Below, piece by piece: positions 1 through 10,970 of a stretch of 64,000 bases of DNA. Origin of the DNA: an uncultured Phycisphaerales bacterium. Its GTDB lineage: Bacteria > Planctomycetota > Phycisphaerae > Tepidisphaerales > Tepidisphaeraceae. Every line of letters begins with the position of its first letter. Positions within the stretch are counted from its first letter, which is position 1. The translations under genes were made by a program, and so were the position numbers. The stretch is from NCBI GenBank assembly GCA_937904525.1, contig CALEKX010000112.1, forward strand, positions 13,811 to 77,810, given 5' to 3'. Below the pieces are notes generated by a model. The model did no database searches, was not told the origin of the DNA, and saw nothing but the letters and a program-made list of their open reading frames with translations.

Positions 1-2224
<2,224 letters not shown>

Positions 2225-2504
2225 GGAGGTCTTCTATGGCTGGAGCGCGGGTCATGAAGTCGCCACAATTTACAGATCAGACGGGGTTGTTCAAATACCG
2301 CACCCCGGCGGACCCCTGGCGCGGGGGCCGCAGGCCGCCGAGACCACTTGGGCGATGGATCCGCCCGAATGGTCGTTGCAGGCCGGTTAAACCCACCTGT
2401 TACAGCGTTAACTGAGCCCATTTGATGCGGAGGATGGGTGCTTTGGCAAGCCGCGGTGTGCTACGGTGACCCGGTCGACATCCGTTGGTGGGAGGGTTTG
2501 AAAC

Positions 2505-3245
2505 ATGACAGCCGGGATGATGCCTGCTGGCGAAAATGATCAGGGCGCTGCGAATGCGGCGATGCCGCAGCCGGCCCCTGCCTTCTCGGCTGCGCCCCGG
2601 TCCCTGATCGAGGAGCTGGCGGCGCTTCGGAACCCGGGCCCGGCTCCGGCTGGGTGGATGGCGATGTGCGGCGCGTTCCTGGCCCTGTCGCTGATCGGGG
2701 TAGCGATCGCGTGCTACACGGGGTGGCGTGATCATGGCTGGCCGGCGGAGTATCTACAGGACGGCCAATGGGGTACGTGGCTGTCGGCTGGGCCGCTGAT
2801 GCTGTCGGGCCTGCTGGGGCTGGGATTGGCGTGGCGATGGCGAAGCCTGCGGCGGCAGCGAAACTTCTGGCTGGCTGCGGGTCTCACCCTCCTGTTCATA
2901 GCGGGCGACGATCTGCTGCGATTCCATGAGAATTTCGAGCTCATGCTCGTGACCCGCTACGACCTGCCGAAAGAGCATCCGCTGGTCAGCCGGATCAACG
3001 ACTCGGTGATCATCCTGTACGGCCTCATCGCCGCTGTATATACTTACCGCAATCGCCAGCAGCTTCTGCGTTTCCCGTGGGCATGCATCGCCTTGGGAAT
3101 TGGGGGCATCTGGTTCGCAGGGATGGTTATTTGTGACGTCCTGCACATCTCAGCCACGGTTGAGGAGACCATGAAGGTACTCGCGACAATCTGCATCCTG
3201 TCGGCTGTGCTGGCCATCCGTCGAACCGCGGACGCATGGGCCTGA
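2505..3245 (+). CDS. integral membrane protein, function unknown
   Basis: ATG is preceded by GGGAGGG about 8 nt upstream. There are several hydrophobic spans (CGAFLALSLIGVAIACY, LSAGPLMLSGLLGLGLAW, FWLAAGLTLLFIAG, IILYGLIAAVY, ALGIGGIWFAGMVICDV, VLATICILSAVLAI). No family recognised. Confidence 0.5.
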   Translation: MTAGMMPAGENDQGAANAAMPQPAPAFSAAPRSLIEELAALRNPGPAPAGWMAMCGAFLALSLIGVAIACYTGWRDHGWPAEYLQDGQWGTWLSAGPLMLSGLLGLGLAWRWRSLRRQRNFWLAAGLTLLFIAGDDLLRFHENFELMLVTRYDLPKEHPLVSRINDSVIILYGLIAAVYTYRNRQQLLRFPWACIALGIGGIWFAGMVICDVLHISATVEETMKVLATICILSAVLAIRRTADAWA

Positions 3246-3379
3246 CGGCCCTGCAACACCCTCTACATCCATCCTGTTCTGCACGAGCGATCGCGACGAT
3301 CGGGATCGATCTCCCGTCGCCGCCATACCGCGTTGCCTTTGACCTTTGACCCTACCCCTCTTACCTTTGGTTGCCAGCC

Positions 3380-4876
3380 ATGCGCCGATACTTCCCCGAT
3401 CTGTCGACATTCAAGGACATTGCCCGCTCCGCCCGGATCATCCCCGTCTACAGGCAATTGCTGAGCGATACCCTCTCGCCTGTCAGTGCCTTTGAGGTGC
3501 TGGGCCGCGATGAGCATGCGTTTCTGCTGGAATCGGTGGTGGGCGGGGAGAAGATCGGCCGGTACTCGTTCATCGCCACGGGGCCGATGGCTGTATATCA
3601 GTGCGCCGGCGGAAAGGCGATGCTGCAGCATTACGGCCAGGCGCCGCAGGAATTCACGACGACCGACCCGCTGGGCGATCTGGAGAAGCTCCTGCCCAAG
3701 GGGCCGTTCCATCGTTTCAAGGAACTGCCCGCATTCACGGGCGGCCTGGTCGGCTATGCCGGGTATGACACCGTCCGCTACTACGAGCCGGAGAAGCTCA
3801 CCGCCGCCCCCCCCGATGACCGCCATCTGCCGGATGTGCTGTCCGGCCTGTATGGCGAGCTGGTGATCTTCGATCACGTGGACAAGACGATCAAAATCGT
3901 CGCCAACGCCGATCTGGGCAAGTTCCCCGATGCCGAATCAGCTTACAACGACGCCGCCCGTCGCATCGATCTGCTCGTTCAACGCCTTCAGCAGCCGTCG
4001 ATGCTCAGCCTGGGTGAGATTGACCCCCGCTCGCCGCTGGAGCTGAAGTTTCAGTCGAACTTCACGCGAGAAGCCTTCGAAGCGGCCGTCGAGAAGGGCA
4101 AGGAGTACATCCATGCCGGGGACATCTTCCAGTTCGTCCCCTCCCAGCGGCTTCGCGTCTACAGCGAGGCCTCGCCGCTGGACGTTTATCGCGCCCTGCG
4201 GATCATCAACCCCTCGCCGTACATGTTCTTCCTCAAGAGCCCAGCCTGCACACTGATCGGCTCGAGCCCGGAGATCCTCTGTAGTGTGATCGACGGCAAG
4301 GTGACCAGCCGTCCCCTGGCCGGGACGCGCCGCCGCGGTCAGACCGATGAGGAAGACCGCCGCCTCGAAGCCGAGCTACTGGCTGACCCCAAAGAGCGAG
4401 CCGAGCACATCATGCTCGTCGACCTGCATCGCAACGACGTCGGCCGCGTCAGCAAGATCGGCAGCGTCAAGATCAGCGATGTGCTGACCGTCGAACGCTA
4501 CAGCCACGTCATGCACATCGTGACCAATGTCACCGGCGAGCTGGCCGATGGCTATACCGCACTCGACGCCCTGCGCGTCAGCCTGCCGGTCGGCACGGTG
4601 AGCGGCGCGCCGAAGATTCGCGCCATGCAGATCATCGACGAGCTGGAACCCACCCGCCGCGGCCCGTATGGCGGCGCGGTCGGCTATGTGGATCTGTCCG
4701 GAAACATGGACACCTGCATCGCCCTGCGGACGATCGTCCACCGCTCAGGCGTCTACGACGTGCAAGCCGGCGCCGGCGTCGTCGCCGACTCCGTCCCCGC
4801 CAGCGAGTACGAAGAAACGATGAACAAGGCCAAAGCGCTGCTGAAGGCGGTCGAACTGGCGGAGAAGGGGTTTTAG
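3380..4876 (+). CDS. trpE: anthranilate synthase component I
   Basis: N-terminal IPVYRQLLSDTLSPVSAFEVLG. Chorismate-binding core LAGTRRRG...HIMLVDLHRNDVGRV...GTVSGAPKIRAMQIIDELE...RGPYGGAVGY. The track start 3371 is TTG, so I used the first ATG at 3380. Start is uncertain by 3 codons. Confidence 0.9.
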   Translation: MRRYFPDLSTFKDIARSARIIPVYRQLLSDTLSPVSAFEVLGRDEHAFLLESVVGGEKIGRYSFIATGPMAVYQCAGGKAMLQHYGQAPQEFTTTDPLGDLEKLLPKGPFHRFKELPAFTGGLVGYAGYDTVRYYEPEKLTAAPPDDRHLPDVLSGLYGELVIFDHVDKTIKIVANADLGKFPDAESAYNDAARRIDLLVQRLQQPSMLSLGEIDPRSPLELKFQSNFTREAFEAAVEKGKEYIHAGDIFQFVPSQRLRVYSEASPLDVYRALRIINPSPYMFFLKSPACTLIGSSPEILCSVIDGKVTSRPLAGTRRRGQTDEEDRRLEAELLADPKERAEHIMLVDLHRNDVGRVSKIGSVKISDVLTVERYSHVMHIVTNVTGELADGYTALDALRVSLPVGTVSGAPKIRAMQIIDELEPTRRGPYGGAVGYVDLSGNMDTCIALRTIVHRSGVYDVQAGAGVVADSVPASEYEETMNKAKALLKAVELAEKGF

Positions 4877-5020
4877 TCTCCCGCAGATTGCTTGTCGCGG
4901 GTTGTTTGTGGACGTCGACAGACGGGATGCCCCCGTTCGTGAGCACGCGGTGCAAGCGCACCGCCTCACTTGGTCTCTTCGTCTCGCCCCTTCGTCGCTC
5001 CGTCGCTTCAACGCAGATCC

Positions 5021-5389
5021 TTACGCCAAGGCCCCGGCTGCGCGCTGGGCGGAATATCGTTCGTATCCGCGCTGGCCGGGTTGGGGAGGATGGTTGACGA
5101 CCCATGCCGAGTCGATGGCGGCTCCGCCGGGAAGGGTATGCAGCTCGCTGACCCGTTGCCCGGGGGCCAGCCAGATCGCCGGGATGCCCTCGTTGTTCGA
5201 GCAGTACAGCATCACGTGCGCCCCTGGGCCCGCCACGACGCGCTTGACGTCCAAGCCCAGATATTCGGCGCTCAGGCTGCCGCGATGGTCCGCCGGCCCC
5301 AGAAATCGCCGAACCTGCGCAGTTTGCCCACTTCCCGAAATTACCTCAACCCAACAACCCCCCGGTGTTCCATCAGGTGCCGATCCCAT
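5021..5389 (-). CDS. hypothetical small protein (beta-rich; weak beta/gamma-crystallin-like pattern)
   Basis: GC3-rich codons through the central part. The composition is not Arg/Ala-shadow-like (GAHVMLYCSNNEGIPAIWLAPGQRVSELHTLPGGAAIDSAWVVN). A purine-rich stretch lies upstream of the ATG. No recognisable family. Confidence 0.35.
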   Translation of the reverse strand: MGSAPDGTPGGCWVEVISGSGQTAQVRRFLGPADHRGSLSAEYLGLDVKRVVAGPGAHVMLYCSNNEGIPAIWLAPGQRVSELHTLPGGAAIDSAWVVNHPPQPGQRGYERYSAQRAAGALA

Positions 5390-5640
5390 AGCAAGCAGCT
5401 CTCTTCCCGAAGTGTATAACCCACGGCTGCCTTACAGCTTGCGCGCCGCCCACTTCGACGCGTCGAGCCCGCGATTGTACGGATTCGGTTCGAATCGCAT
5501 ATTCACCTGTTCAGGTGGTATTCCAAGTCTGGACATCGCCTGTTTCGGATTGGATATATCACAGGTCCCCCGTTCACCTGAAAAGGTGATGATGGCGGCG
5601 GTTACGACTGTCCGATGAAACCCCTTGATCGCCCCCGAGC

Positions 5641-6453
5641 GTGCGCCGGGGGCGACAGCGAATCATGGCTCCCAAGGCGTTCGTCTCTGCAGACGACGTC
5701 CGGGCTTTGCTGCGGATCACCAACCGCTTGCACAGGCTTGACGTCGATCCCACCGCCCGCAAGCAGCATCTGCTCAGCGAGCTGTGTCGCCTCACAGGCG
5801 GCAGCGTGGGAGTCTGCGTGCTGTCGCGCCTGCATCGCGGGGCACTTGGTGAGACGATCGTGCCGATCGTGCAGGTCGGCGTAGAGGCGGCTGATCAGCG
5901 GACAGCGCTGAACACCTATTTTCGCCATCGCACGCCAGCCGATCCGGCACTGTCGAAGCTGGCAAGCCTGGCCATGAGCGAGAAAGGCGTCGCCACGCGA
6001 AGCCGCGAACAGCTCATCGACGACCAGACCTGGTATCGCTCGGCCCATGTGAAGACCCTGCGGCGCATGCTTGGCGTCGATCACTGCATCTACTCGCTGG
6101 CGGTTTTGAGCAACACGCGGCTGGTCGGCGAGCTGTGGATCTGTCGACCATGGGGCCAGAAGCGACCGTTCAGCGAACGCGAGCTGCGGCTGATCGACCT
6201 GATGCACGAAGAAACGCGCTGGCTTTACAATGCCGATCTGGCTTTCAACTCTCCCCAAGCCGCCACACTTCCGCCCCGCCAGCGGCAGACGCTCCAGCAT
6301 CTGCTGACCGGCCGCAGCGAAAAGCAGATCGCCAACGAGCTGTCGCTCTCACCCAATACCATCCACCATTACGTCAAAGCCATCTACAAGCGGTTCGGCG
6401 TCTCCAGCCGAAGCGAACTGCTGGCGCGATTTGTGCATCAGCGGCAAGGGTAG
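5641..6453 (+). CDS. LuxR/FixJ-type HTH transcriptional regulator with unknown N-terminal sensor domain
   Basis: C-terminal LuxR HTH: LPPRQRQTLQHLLTGRSEKQIANELSLSPNTIHHYVKAIYKRFGVSSRSELLARF. Start is ambiguous (GTG 5641 or ATG 5665). Confidence 0.75.
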   Translation: MRRGRQRIMAPKAFVSADDVRALLRITNRLHRLDVDPTARKQHLLSELCRLTGGSVGVCVLSRLHRGALGETIVPIVQVGVEAADQRTALNTYFRHRTPADPALSKLASLAMSEKGVATRSREQLIDDQTWYRSAHVKTLRRMLGVDHCIYSLAVLSNTRLVGELWICRPWGQKRPFSERELRLIDLMHEETRWLYNADLAFNSPQAATLPPRQRQTLQHLLTGRSEKQIANELSLSPNTIHHYVKAIYKRFGVSSRSELLARFVHQRQG

Positions 6454-6611
6454 TGGTTTGTTGTCAGTTGCGCGGTGCCAGAGGAAGGTCGGCTCGCGCC
6501 CATCCAATGGTCTGCATTGAACAACCCGCAACGCACCGCGCGAGACAGCAGCCTCATCCTGTAGTAAGGTAACCCACAAGCTACGGCTTTCTGTTGCCCG
6601 GAGGACTCTAC

Positions 6612-7058
6612 ATGACTGAGCAGAACCCCAATCCGACATCCGATTCTTCCGTCCCGCCCAGCCAAACACCGCCCCCGGCGGAACCGACCGCCAAGCGCAG
6701 CATCTTCTCGCCGCCGCCGCCCTACACGGGCCCCGAGCCTGATTCCGACAGCCGCACAATGGGTTTGCTCGCCCACCTGCTGGGGCTGTTCATGGGCTTC
6801 ATCGGCGCGCTGGCCATCTGGCTGGTGAAGAAGGACCAGAGCCCGTTCGTTGATGACCAGGGCAAGGAAGCCGTCAACTTCCAGTTGACGATGCTCATCG
6901 GATACATCGTCTCCGGGTTGACGATGTGCATCCTCGTCGGCTTTGTCCTGATGGCCCTCACCGCGATCGCGCACCTGGTCTTCACGATCATGGCCACCAT
7001 GGCAGCCAGCAAGGGCCAGGCATATCGATATCCGTTCAGCATCCGGTTTATTCGATAG
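6612..7058 (+). CDS. DUF4870-family small membrane protein with Pro-rich N-terminus
   Basis: MGLLAHLLGLFMGFIGALAIWLVKKDQSPFVDDQGKEAVNFQLTMLIGYIV matches the DUF4870 pattern (aHL..l....gPli.wl.kkd..fV...a.eAlNFq). ATG 6612 has GGAGG 7 nt upstream. The track start 6594 is TTG. Confidence 0.7.
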   Translation: MTEQNPNPTSDSSVPPSQTPPPAEPTAKRSIFSPPPPYTGPEPDSDSRTMGLLAHLLGLFMGFIGALAIWLVKKDQSPFVDDQGKEAVNFQLTMLIGYIVSGLTMCILVGFVLMALTAIAHLVFTIMATMAASKGQAYRYPFSIRFIR

Positions 7059-7236
7059 GCGGCATCCGTAAGCTCACGCGAAGGGGCGAAGGGATTGCCT
7101 GTGGTGTGTGGCCGGTTGCCTATGGACGTCCTCTGAACGAAGGACGTCTACAGGCGCCATGCTATGGCCCACATGCAGCCCCTTCGTCGCTCCATTGCTT
7201 TTCCCTTCGCCGCTTCGTGTCTTCGCGTGAGCCCCA

Positions 7237-8919
7237 TCAGTCCACGCCCGGACGGCGCTGGCGGTAGTTTTGCGCGATGGGCATGCGCCGGCCGAAGCCG
7301 AAGGCCCGGCTGGTCACCTTCAGCCCCGGAGCCGCCTGTCGCCGCTTGTACTCGCTGCGATCGACCAGGCGGATGACGCGCAGGACCGTCTCCGCATCGA
7401 ACCCCTTCTCGATAATCCGGGCGGCGCCGATCTCTTCCTCAATGTAGTGATAGAGGATCGCATCGAGGACGTGGTACGGCGGGAGGGAGTCCTGATCGGT
7501 CTGGTTGGGCCGCAGCTCGGCTGACGGCGGCTTGGTGATGCTGTTCTGCGGGATCAGGTCGCGCCCGGCGCGGCGGTTGATGTACTTCGCCATCTCATAG
7601 ACCTGCGTCTTGGGCACGTCGCTGATGACAGCCAACCCGCCGCACATGTCGCCGTAGAGCGTGCAGTAGCCGACCGCTACCTCGCTCTTGTTGCCCGTCG
7701 TCAGCAGCAGATGGCCAAACTTGTTGCTGAAGGCCATAAGAATGACGCCGCGGCAGCGGGCCTGGATGTTTTCCTCCGTCAGGTCCTTTTCGCGGCCTTC
7801 AAACACATCCGCCAGCACCTGCTCAAACGCGTCGTGCGGCGCCTTGATTGGGATGACGTGGTATTCAATGCCAAGATTCTCCGCGAGCTGCCGCGCATCG
7901 GCGAGCGAGTGGTCGGAAGAGTATCGGCTGGGCAGGGAGACGCCGACGACATGCTCGGGCCCGAGTGCCTCGGCCGCGATGGCAGCCACCAGGGCTGAGT
8001 CGATCCCGCCCGACAGCCCCAGCACAACGCTGCGGAACCCGCACTTGCGCACATAATCGCGCAAACCGAGCACCAGGGCCTTGTAGATCGACTCGATGCC
8101 CGTCGAATGGCGCGCCACGCCCTGCACAGGCGCCGGCGACCCCTCCTCGGGCACATCGACGATCAGCAGATCCTCTTCAAACTCCTTCGCCTGCGCGAGC
8201 ACCTGCCCGTCGGCACCGATGACCAGGCTGTTGCCATCGAAGACGAGCTCGTCGTTGCCGCCAACCTGATTGACGTAGACGATCGGCTTGTTGAACTGCT
8301 GCACCTGCGAGCGGAACAGTTCGAGGCGGAAATCGTGCTTGCCGACGATGAACGGCGACGCGCTGCAGTTGATCATCACCTGCGCGCCGGCTTCGTGGAG
8401 ATCGGCAATGGGATTTTCGTGGTACAGGCGGCGCGGATGCATCCGCTCGTCGTTCCACAGATCCTCGCAGATCGACAACCCCATCGGCACGCCGCAGATG
8501 TGCACGAGCTGATTGCGCTCGGTGATCGGGCCGGGCTCGAAGTAGCGGGATTCGTCAAAGACGTCGTAGGTCGGCAGCAGGGTCTTGAAATGCCGGCTGA
8601 CGATCTGGCCGTCGCGCAGCACGGCGGCTGCGTTATGCAGCGGCCGCCCGACCGGCCGGGTATTCCGCTCGGCATAGCCGACGATCACGTCGATTCCCCG
8701 CGTCGCCTGGGCGATCTCGTGCAACGCCTGCACGTCGTCCTCGATGAACTGCGGCTTGAGCAGCAGATCCTTCGGGGGATAGCCAATCACCGCCAGCTCG
8801 GGAAACACCACCACCTGCGCCCCCTGCGACCGGGCGCGCACGGCAAAGTCGATGATCCGGCGCGTATTGCCCGGAATGTCGCCAACCGTCGGATTGATTT
8901 GCGCAAGCGCAATCTTCAT
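7237..8919 (-). CDS. nadE: glutamine-dependent NAD+ synthetase (CN-hydrolase domain + NAD synthase domain)
   Basis: N-terminal nitrilase-like MKIALAQINPTVGDIPGN...VVVFPELAVIGYPPKDLL...GLSICEDLW. C-terminal ATP-PPase SGGIDSALVAAIA. Confidence 0.92.
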   Translation of the reverse strand: MKIALAQINPTVGDIPGNTRRIIDFAVRARSQGAQVVVFPELAVIGYPPKDLLLKPQFIEDDVQALHEIAQATRGIDVIVGYAERNTRPVGRPLHNAAAVLRDGQIVSRHFKTLLPTYDVFDESRYFEPGPITERNQLVHICGVPMGLSICEDLWNDERMHPRRLYHENPIADLHEAGAQVMINCSASPFIVGKHDFRLELFRSQVQQFNKPIVYVNQVGGNDELVFDGNSLVIGADGQVLAQAKEFEEDLLIVDVPEEGSPAPVQGVARHSTGIESIYKALVLGLRDYVRKCGFRSVVLGLSGGIDSALVAAIAAEALGPEHVVGVSLPSRYSSDHSLADARQLAENLGIEYHVIPIKAPHDAFEQVLADVFEGREKDLTEENIQARCRGVILMAFSNKFGHLLLTTGNKSEVAVGYCTLYGDMCGGLAVISDVPKTQVYEMAKYINRRAGRDLIPQNSITKPPSAELRPNQTDQDSLPPYHVLDAILYHYIEEEIGAARIIEKGFDAETVLRVIRLVDRSEYKRRQAAPGLKVTSRAFGFGRRMPIAQNYRQRRPGVD

Positions 8920-8975
8920 AGGCAGGCGATTGTAGCACTCGAAGGGCGGGGGCCCAATTTGGCTGACGCGGGGTT

Positions 8976-9083
8976 GTTATTTGTTACTGGTTACTGGTTA
9001 CTGGTTACTCGCGGGGTTCCGCCTCTCCTGGATCACTTCGTCTCTTTGTCTCTCCGTCTCTGGCTGATCCCTCCGTCGCTCTG
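8976..9083 (+). repeat. composite intergenic repeat, copy 1 (heptamer tandem GTTACTG x~4, then CACTTCGTCTCTTTGTCTCTCCGTCTCTG, then CCGTCGCT word)
   Basis: Aligns block-by-block with 14134-14260. Shared blocks are GTTAT(T/C)TGTTACTGGTTAC, TTACTCGC, GTTCCGC and an exact ~27-nt run CTTCGTCTCTTTGTCTCTCCGTCTCTG. It lies in the nadE/gltX divergent intergenic region. Confidence 0.8.
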
Positions 9084-9130
9084 ACACACCCTCTTGCCCC
9101 CCACGCCTTCCTCCCGATAATCGACCGTCT

Positions 9131-10771
9131 ATGGCCAATGGACTGGTAGTTACGCGGTTTGCGCCTTCGCCGACGGGGTATCTGCACGTGGGCGGAGCGC
9201 GTACGGCGCTGTTCAACTGGCTGCTGGCACGGCATGCCAGCGGGCGATATTTGCTGCGGATCGAGGATACCGATCTGGCCCGCAGCACGGAGGAATCGGT
9301 GCAGGCCGTCCTGCAGGACCTCCGCTGGCTGGGGTTGGATCATGACAACGCCGAGCTGGTCTTCCAGTCCAAGCGGCTGGCGGTTTACAACGCCGTCATC
9401 ACGGATCTGATGAACCGCGGCCTGGCATACGAGGCCTGGGAAACGCCCGAGGAGCTGGCTGCCATGCGTCAGCAGGCTGAGAAGGCCAAGCAGGCGTTCA
9501 TCTACCGCCGCCGCGAGTACACGGCTGACGAACTCAAGCGCTTCCGCGACGAAGGCCGTACGCCGACGATCCGCTTTGCCATGCCCGTGCGCGAGTACCG
9601 CTTCCATGACCAGGTGCTCGGCAAGGAGATCGTCGTTGCCCTGGATCAGGTGCAGGATTTTGTCATCCGCAAAACCGACGGCATGCCGACGTATCACTTC
9701 GCCGTCGTTGTCGATGACGCGGAGATGGGCATCACGCACATCCTCCGCGGCCAGGAACACCTGCTCAACACCGTCAACCACATCGCCCTTCAGGAAGCCA
9801 TCAACGCCCCGCGGCCGGTGTATGGGCATCTGCCCGTCATCCTCAATGCCGACGGCTCGAAGATGGGCAAGCGCGATCGCGACAAGAAGGTGCGCGAATC
9901 GGCGCAGGTCTGGATGAAGACCCACAAGAAGACGGCTGGCGATCTGTCAGCCGAGTCGGGGATCGCTGAAGAGCGCCTGTCGACCTGGCTAAACGACAAG
10001 AAGCAGCAGCTCGACCTGACCGAGCAGAAAGCCGTCATGGCCGTCATCGGCCTGCGTGAAAGCGATCTGCCCGAGATCCTCGTGCACGATTTCCGCAAGA
10101 ACGGCTATCTGCCAGAGGCGCTGATCAACTTCCTGGCGCTGCTCGGCTGGAACCCCGGCGGCGACCGCGAGCGGATGAGCATCGACACGCTGATCGAGCT
10201 GTTCAGCCTGGAGGGCATCGGCCACAGCAATGCCCGCTTCGATCGCGCCAAGCTGCTGTCGTTCAACACCGACGCCTGCGCGACAGCCGATTCCCGCCGG
10301 CTGGTGCAGGCGATGCGCGACTACCTGGCCGTCAATCCCGAATCGCCCGTCAACCAGGCGACCGACGAGCAGCTTGGGCAACTGCTCGAGATGAAGAAGG
10401 GCTTCCGCACGCTGCGAGAGGTCGATGAGGTTTCGCGCTTCCTGTTCGTCGCGGACGATCAGATCGCCTTCGACGACAAAGCCGTTGCGAAGGTGCTCGT
10501 CCAGCAGAAAGGCACGCAGATGCTTCGCGAGCTCCGGCCGATCCTCGAGGGGCTGGCGACCTGGTCGGCTGAGGCGATCGAGCAGGCGATCCAGCAGTTC
10601 TGCGATGCCAAGAAGCTCGGCTTGGGCAAGGTCGCCCAGCCGCTGCGCGTGGCCATCAGCGGCACGACGGTCAGCCCGCCGATCTTCCAGAGCCTGGCGT
10701 TCCTGACGCGTGAGCAGGTCCTGGCACGCATCGACCGCTGCCTGCTGCATGTCGACGAGGGGCCGCACTGA
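9131..10771 (+). CDS. gltX: glutamate--tRNA ligase (with a ~60-aa insertion after the KMSKS loop)
   Basis: RFAPSPTGYLHVGGARTALFNWLLAR (HIGH-type), LLRIEDTDLARS, KMSKS-like SKMGKRD, GYLPEALINFLALLGW. Confidence 0.9.
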   Translation: MANGLVVTRFAPSPTGYLHVGGARTALFNWLLARHASGRYLLRIEDTDLARSTEESVQAVLQDLRWLGLDHDNAELVFQSKRLAVYNAVITDLMNRGLAYEAWETPEELAAMRQQAEKAKQAFIYRRREYTADELKRFRDEGRTPTIRFAMPVREYRFHDQVLGKEIVVALDQVQDFVIRKTDGMPTYHFAVVVDDAEMGITHILRGQEHLLNTVNHIALQEAINAPRPVYGHLPVILNADGSKMGKRDRDKKVRESAQVWMKTHKKTAGDLSAESGIAEERLSTWLNDKKQQLDLTEQKAVMAVIGLRESDLPEILVHDFRKNGYLPEALINFLALLGWNPGGDRERMSIDTLIELFSLEGIGHSNARFDRAKLLSFNTDACATADSRRLVQAMRDYLAVNPESPVNQATDEQLGQLLEMKKGFRTLREVDEVSRFLFVADDQIAFDDKAVAKVLVQQKGTQMLRELRPILEGLATWSAEAIEQAIQQFCDAKKLGLGKVAQPLRVAISGTTVSPPIFQSLAFLTREQVLARIDRCLLHVDEGPH

Positions 10772-10915
10772 TCCCGCAGCCGCCACACCGGCAGGTTCTA
10801 TCCCCCGACCCGACAAAAACTTACCCGCCTTTCTCCTGGCGCAGACGTCCCGCACGCGCCCCGCTGGCGCGAACCTGCGCATGCTTGCCCAACGTACCGG
10901 AACGCAAGAATTTAC

Positions 10916-10970
10916 TTGACTTGCCGCGGCGCGCGGGTATGCTTCTTTCCGGTGCGTAATACATGTATTA
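10916..10970 (+). promoter_or_regulatory. candidate sigma70-type promoter (TTGACT-N16-TATGCT) plus 14-bp perfect palindrome TAATACATGTATTA at the 5' end of the GntR-type gene
   Basis: -35 at 10916-10921, -10 at 10938-10943, GTG start at 10952 (about 8-9 nt after the -10, so leaderless or nearly so). Palindrome at 10957-10970 sits in a locally AT-rich patch. Confidence 0.4.

Noticed and set aside
2225-2504. The 280-nt carB upstream region as a possible riboswitch or attenuator
   Set aside because: I could not recognise any known riboswitch core or a terminator/antiterminator pair by eye. It would need covariance-model scanning.
8976-9015. Heptamer tandem repeats and other short repeats as a possible CRISPR array
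   Set aside because: The repeat unit is only ~7 bp, there are no unique spacers of regular length, and no cas genes are in the window.
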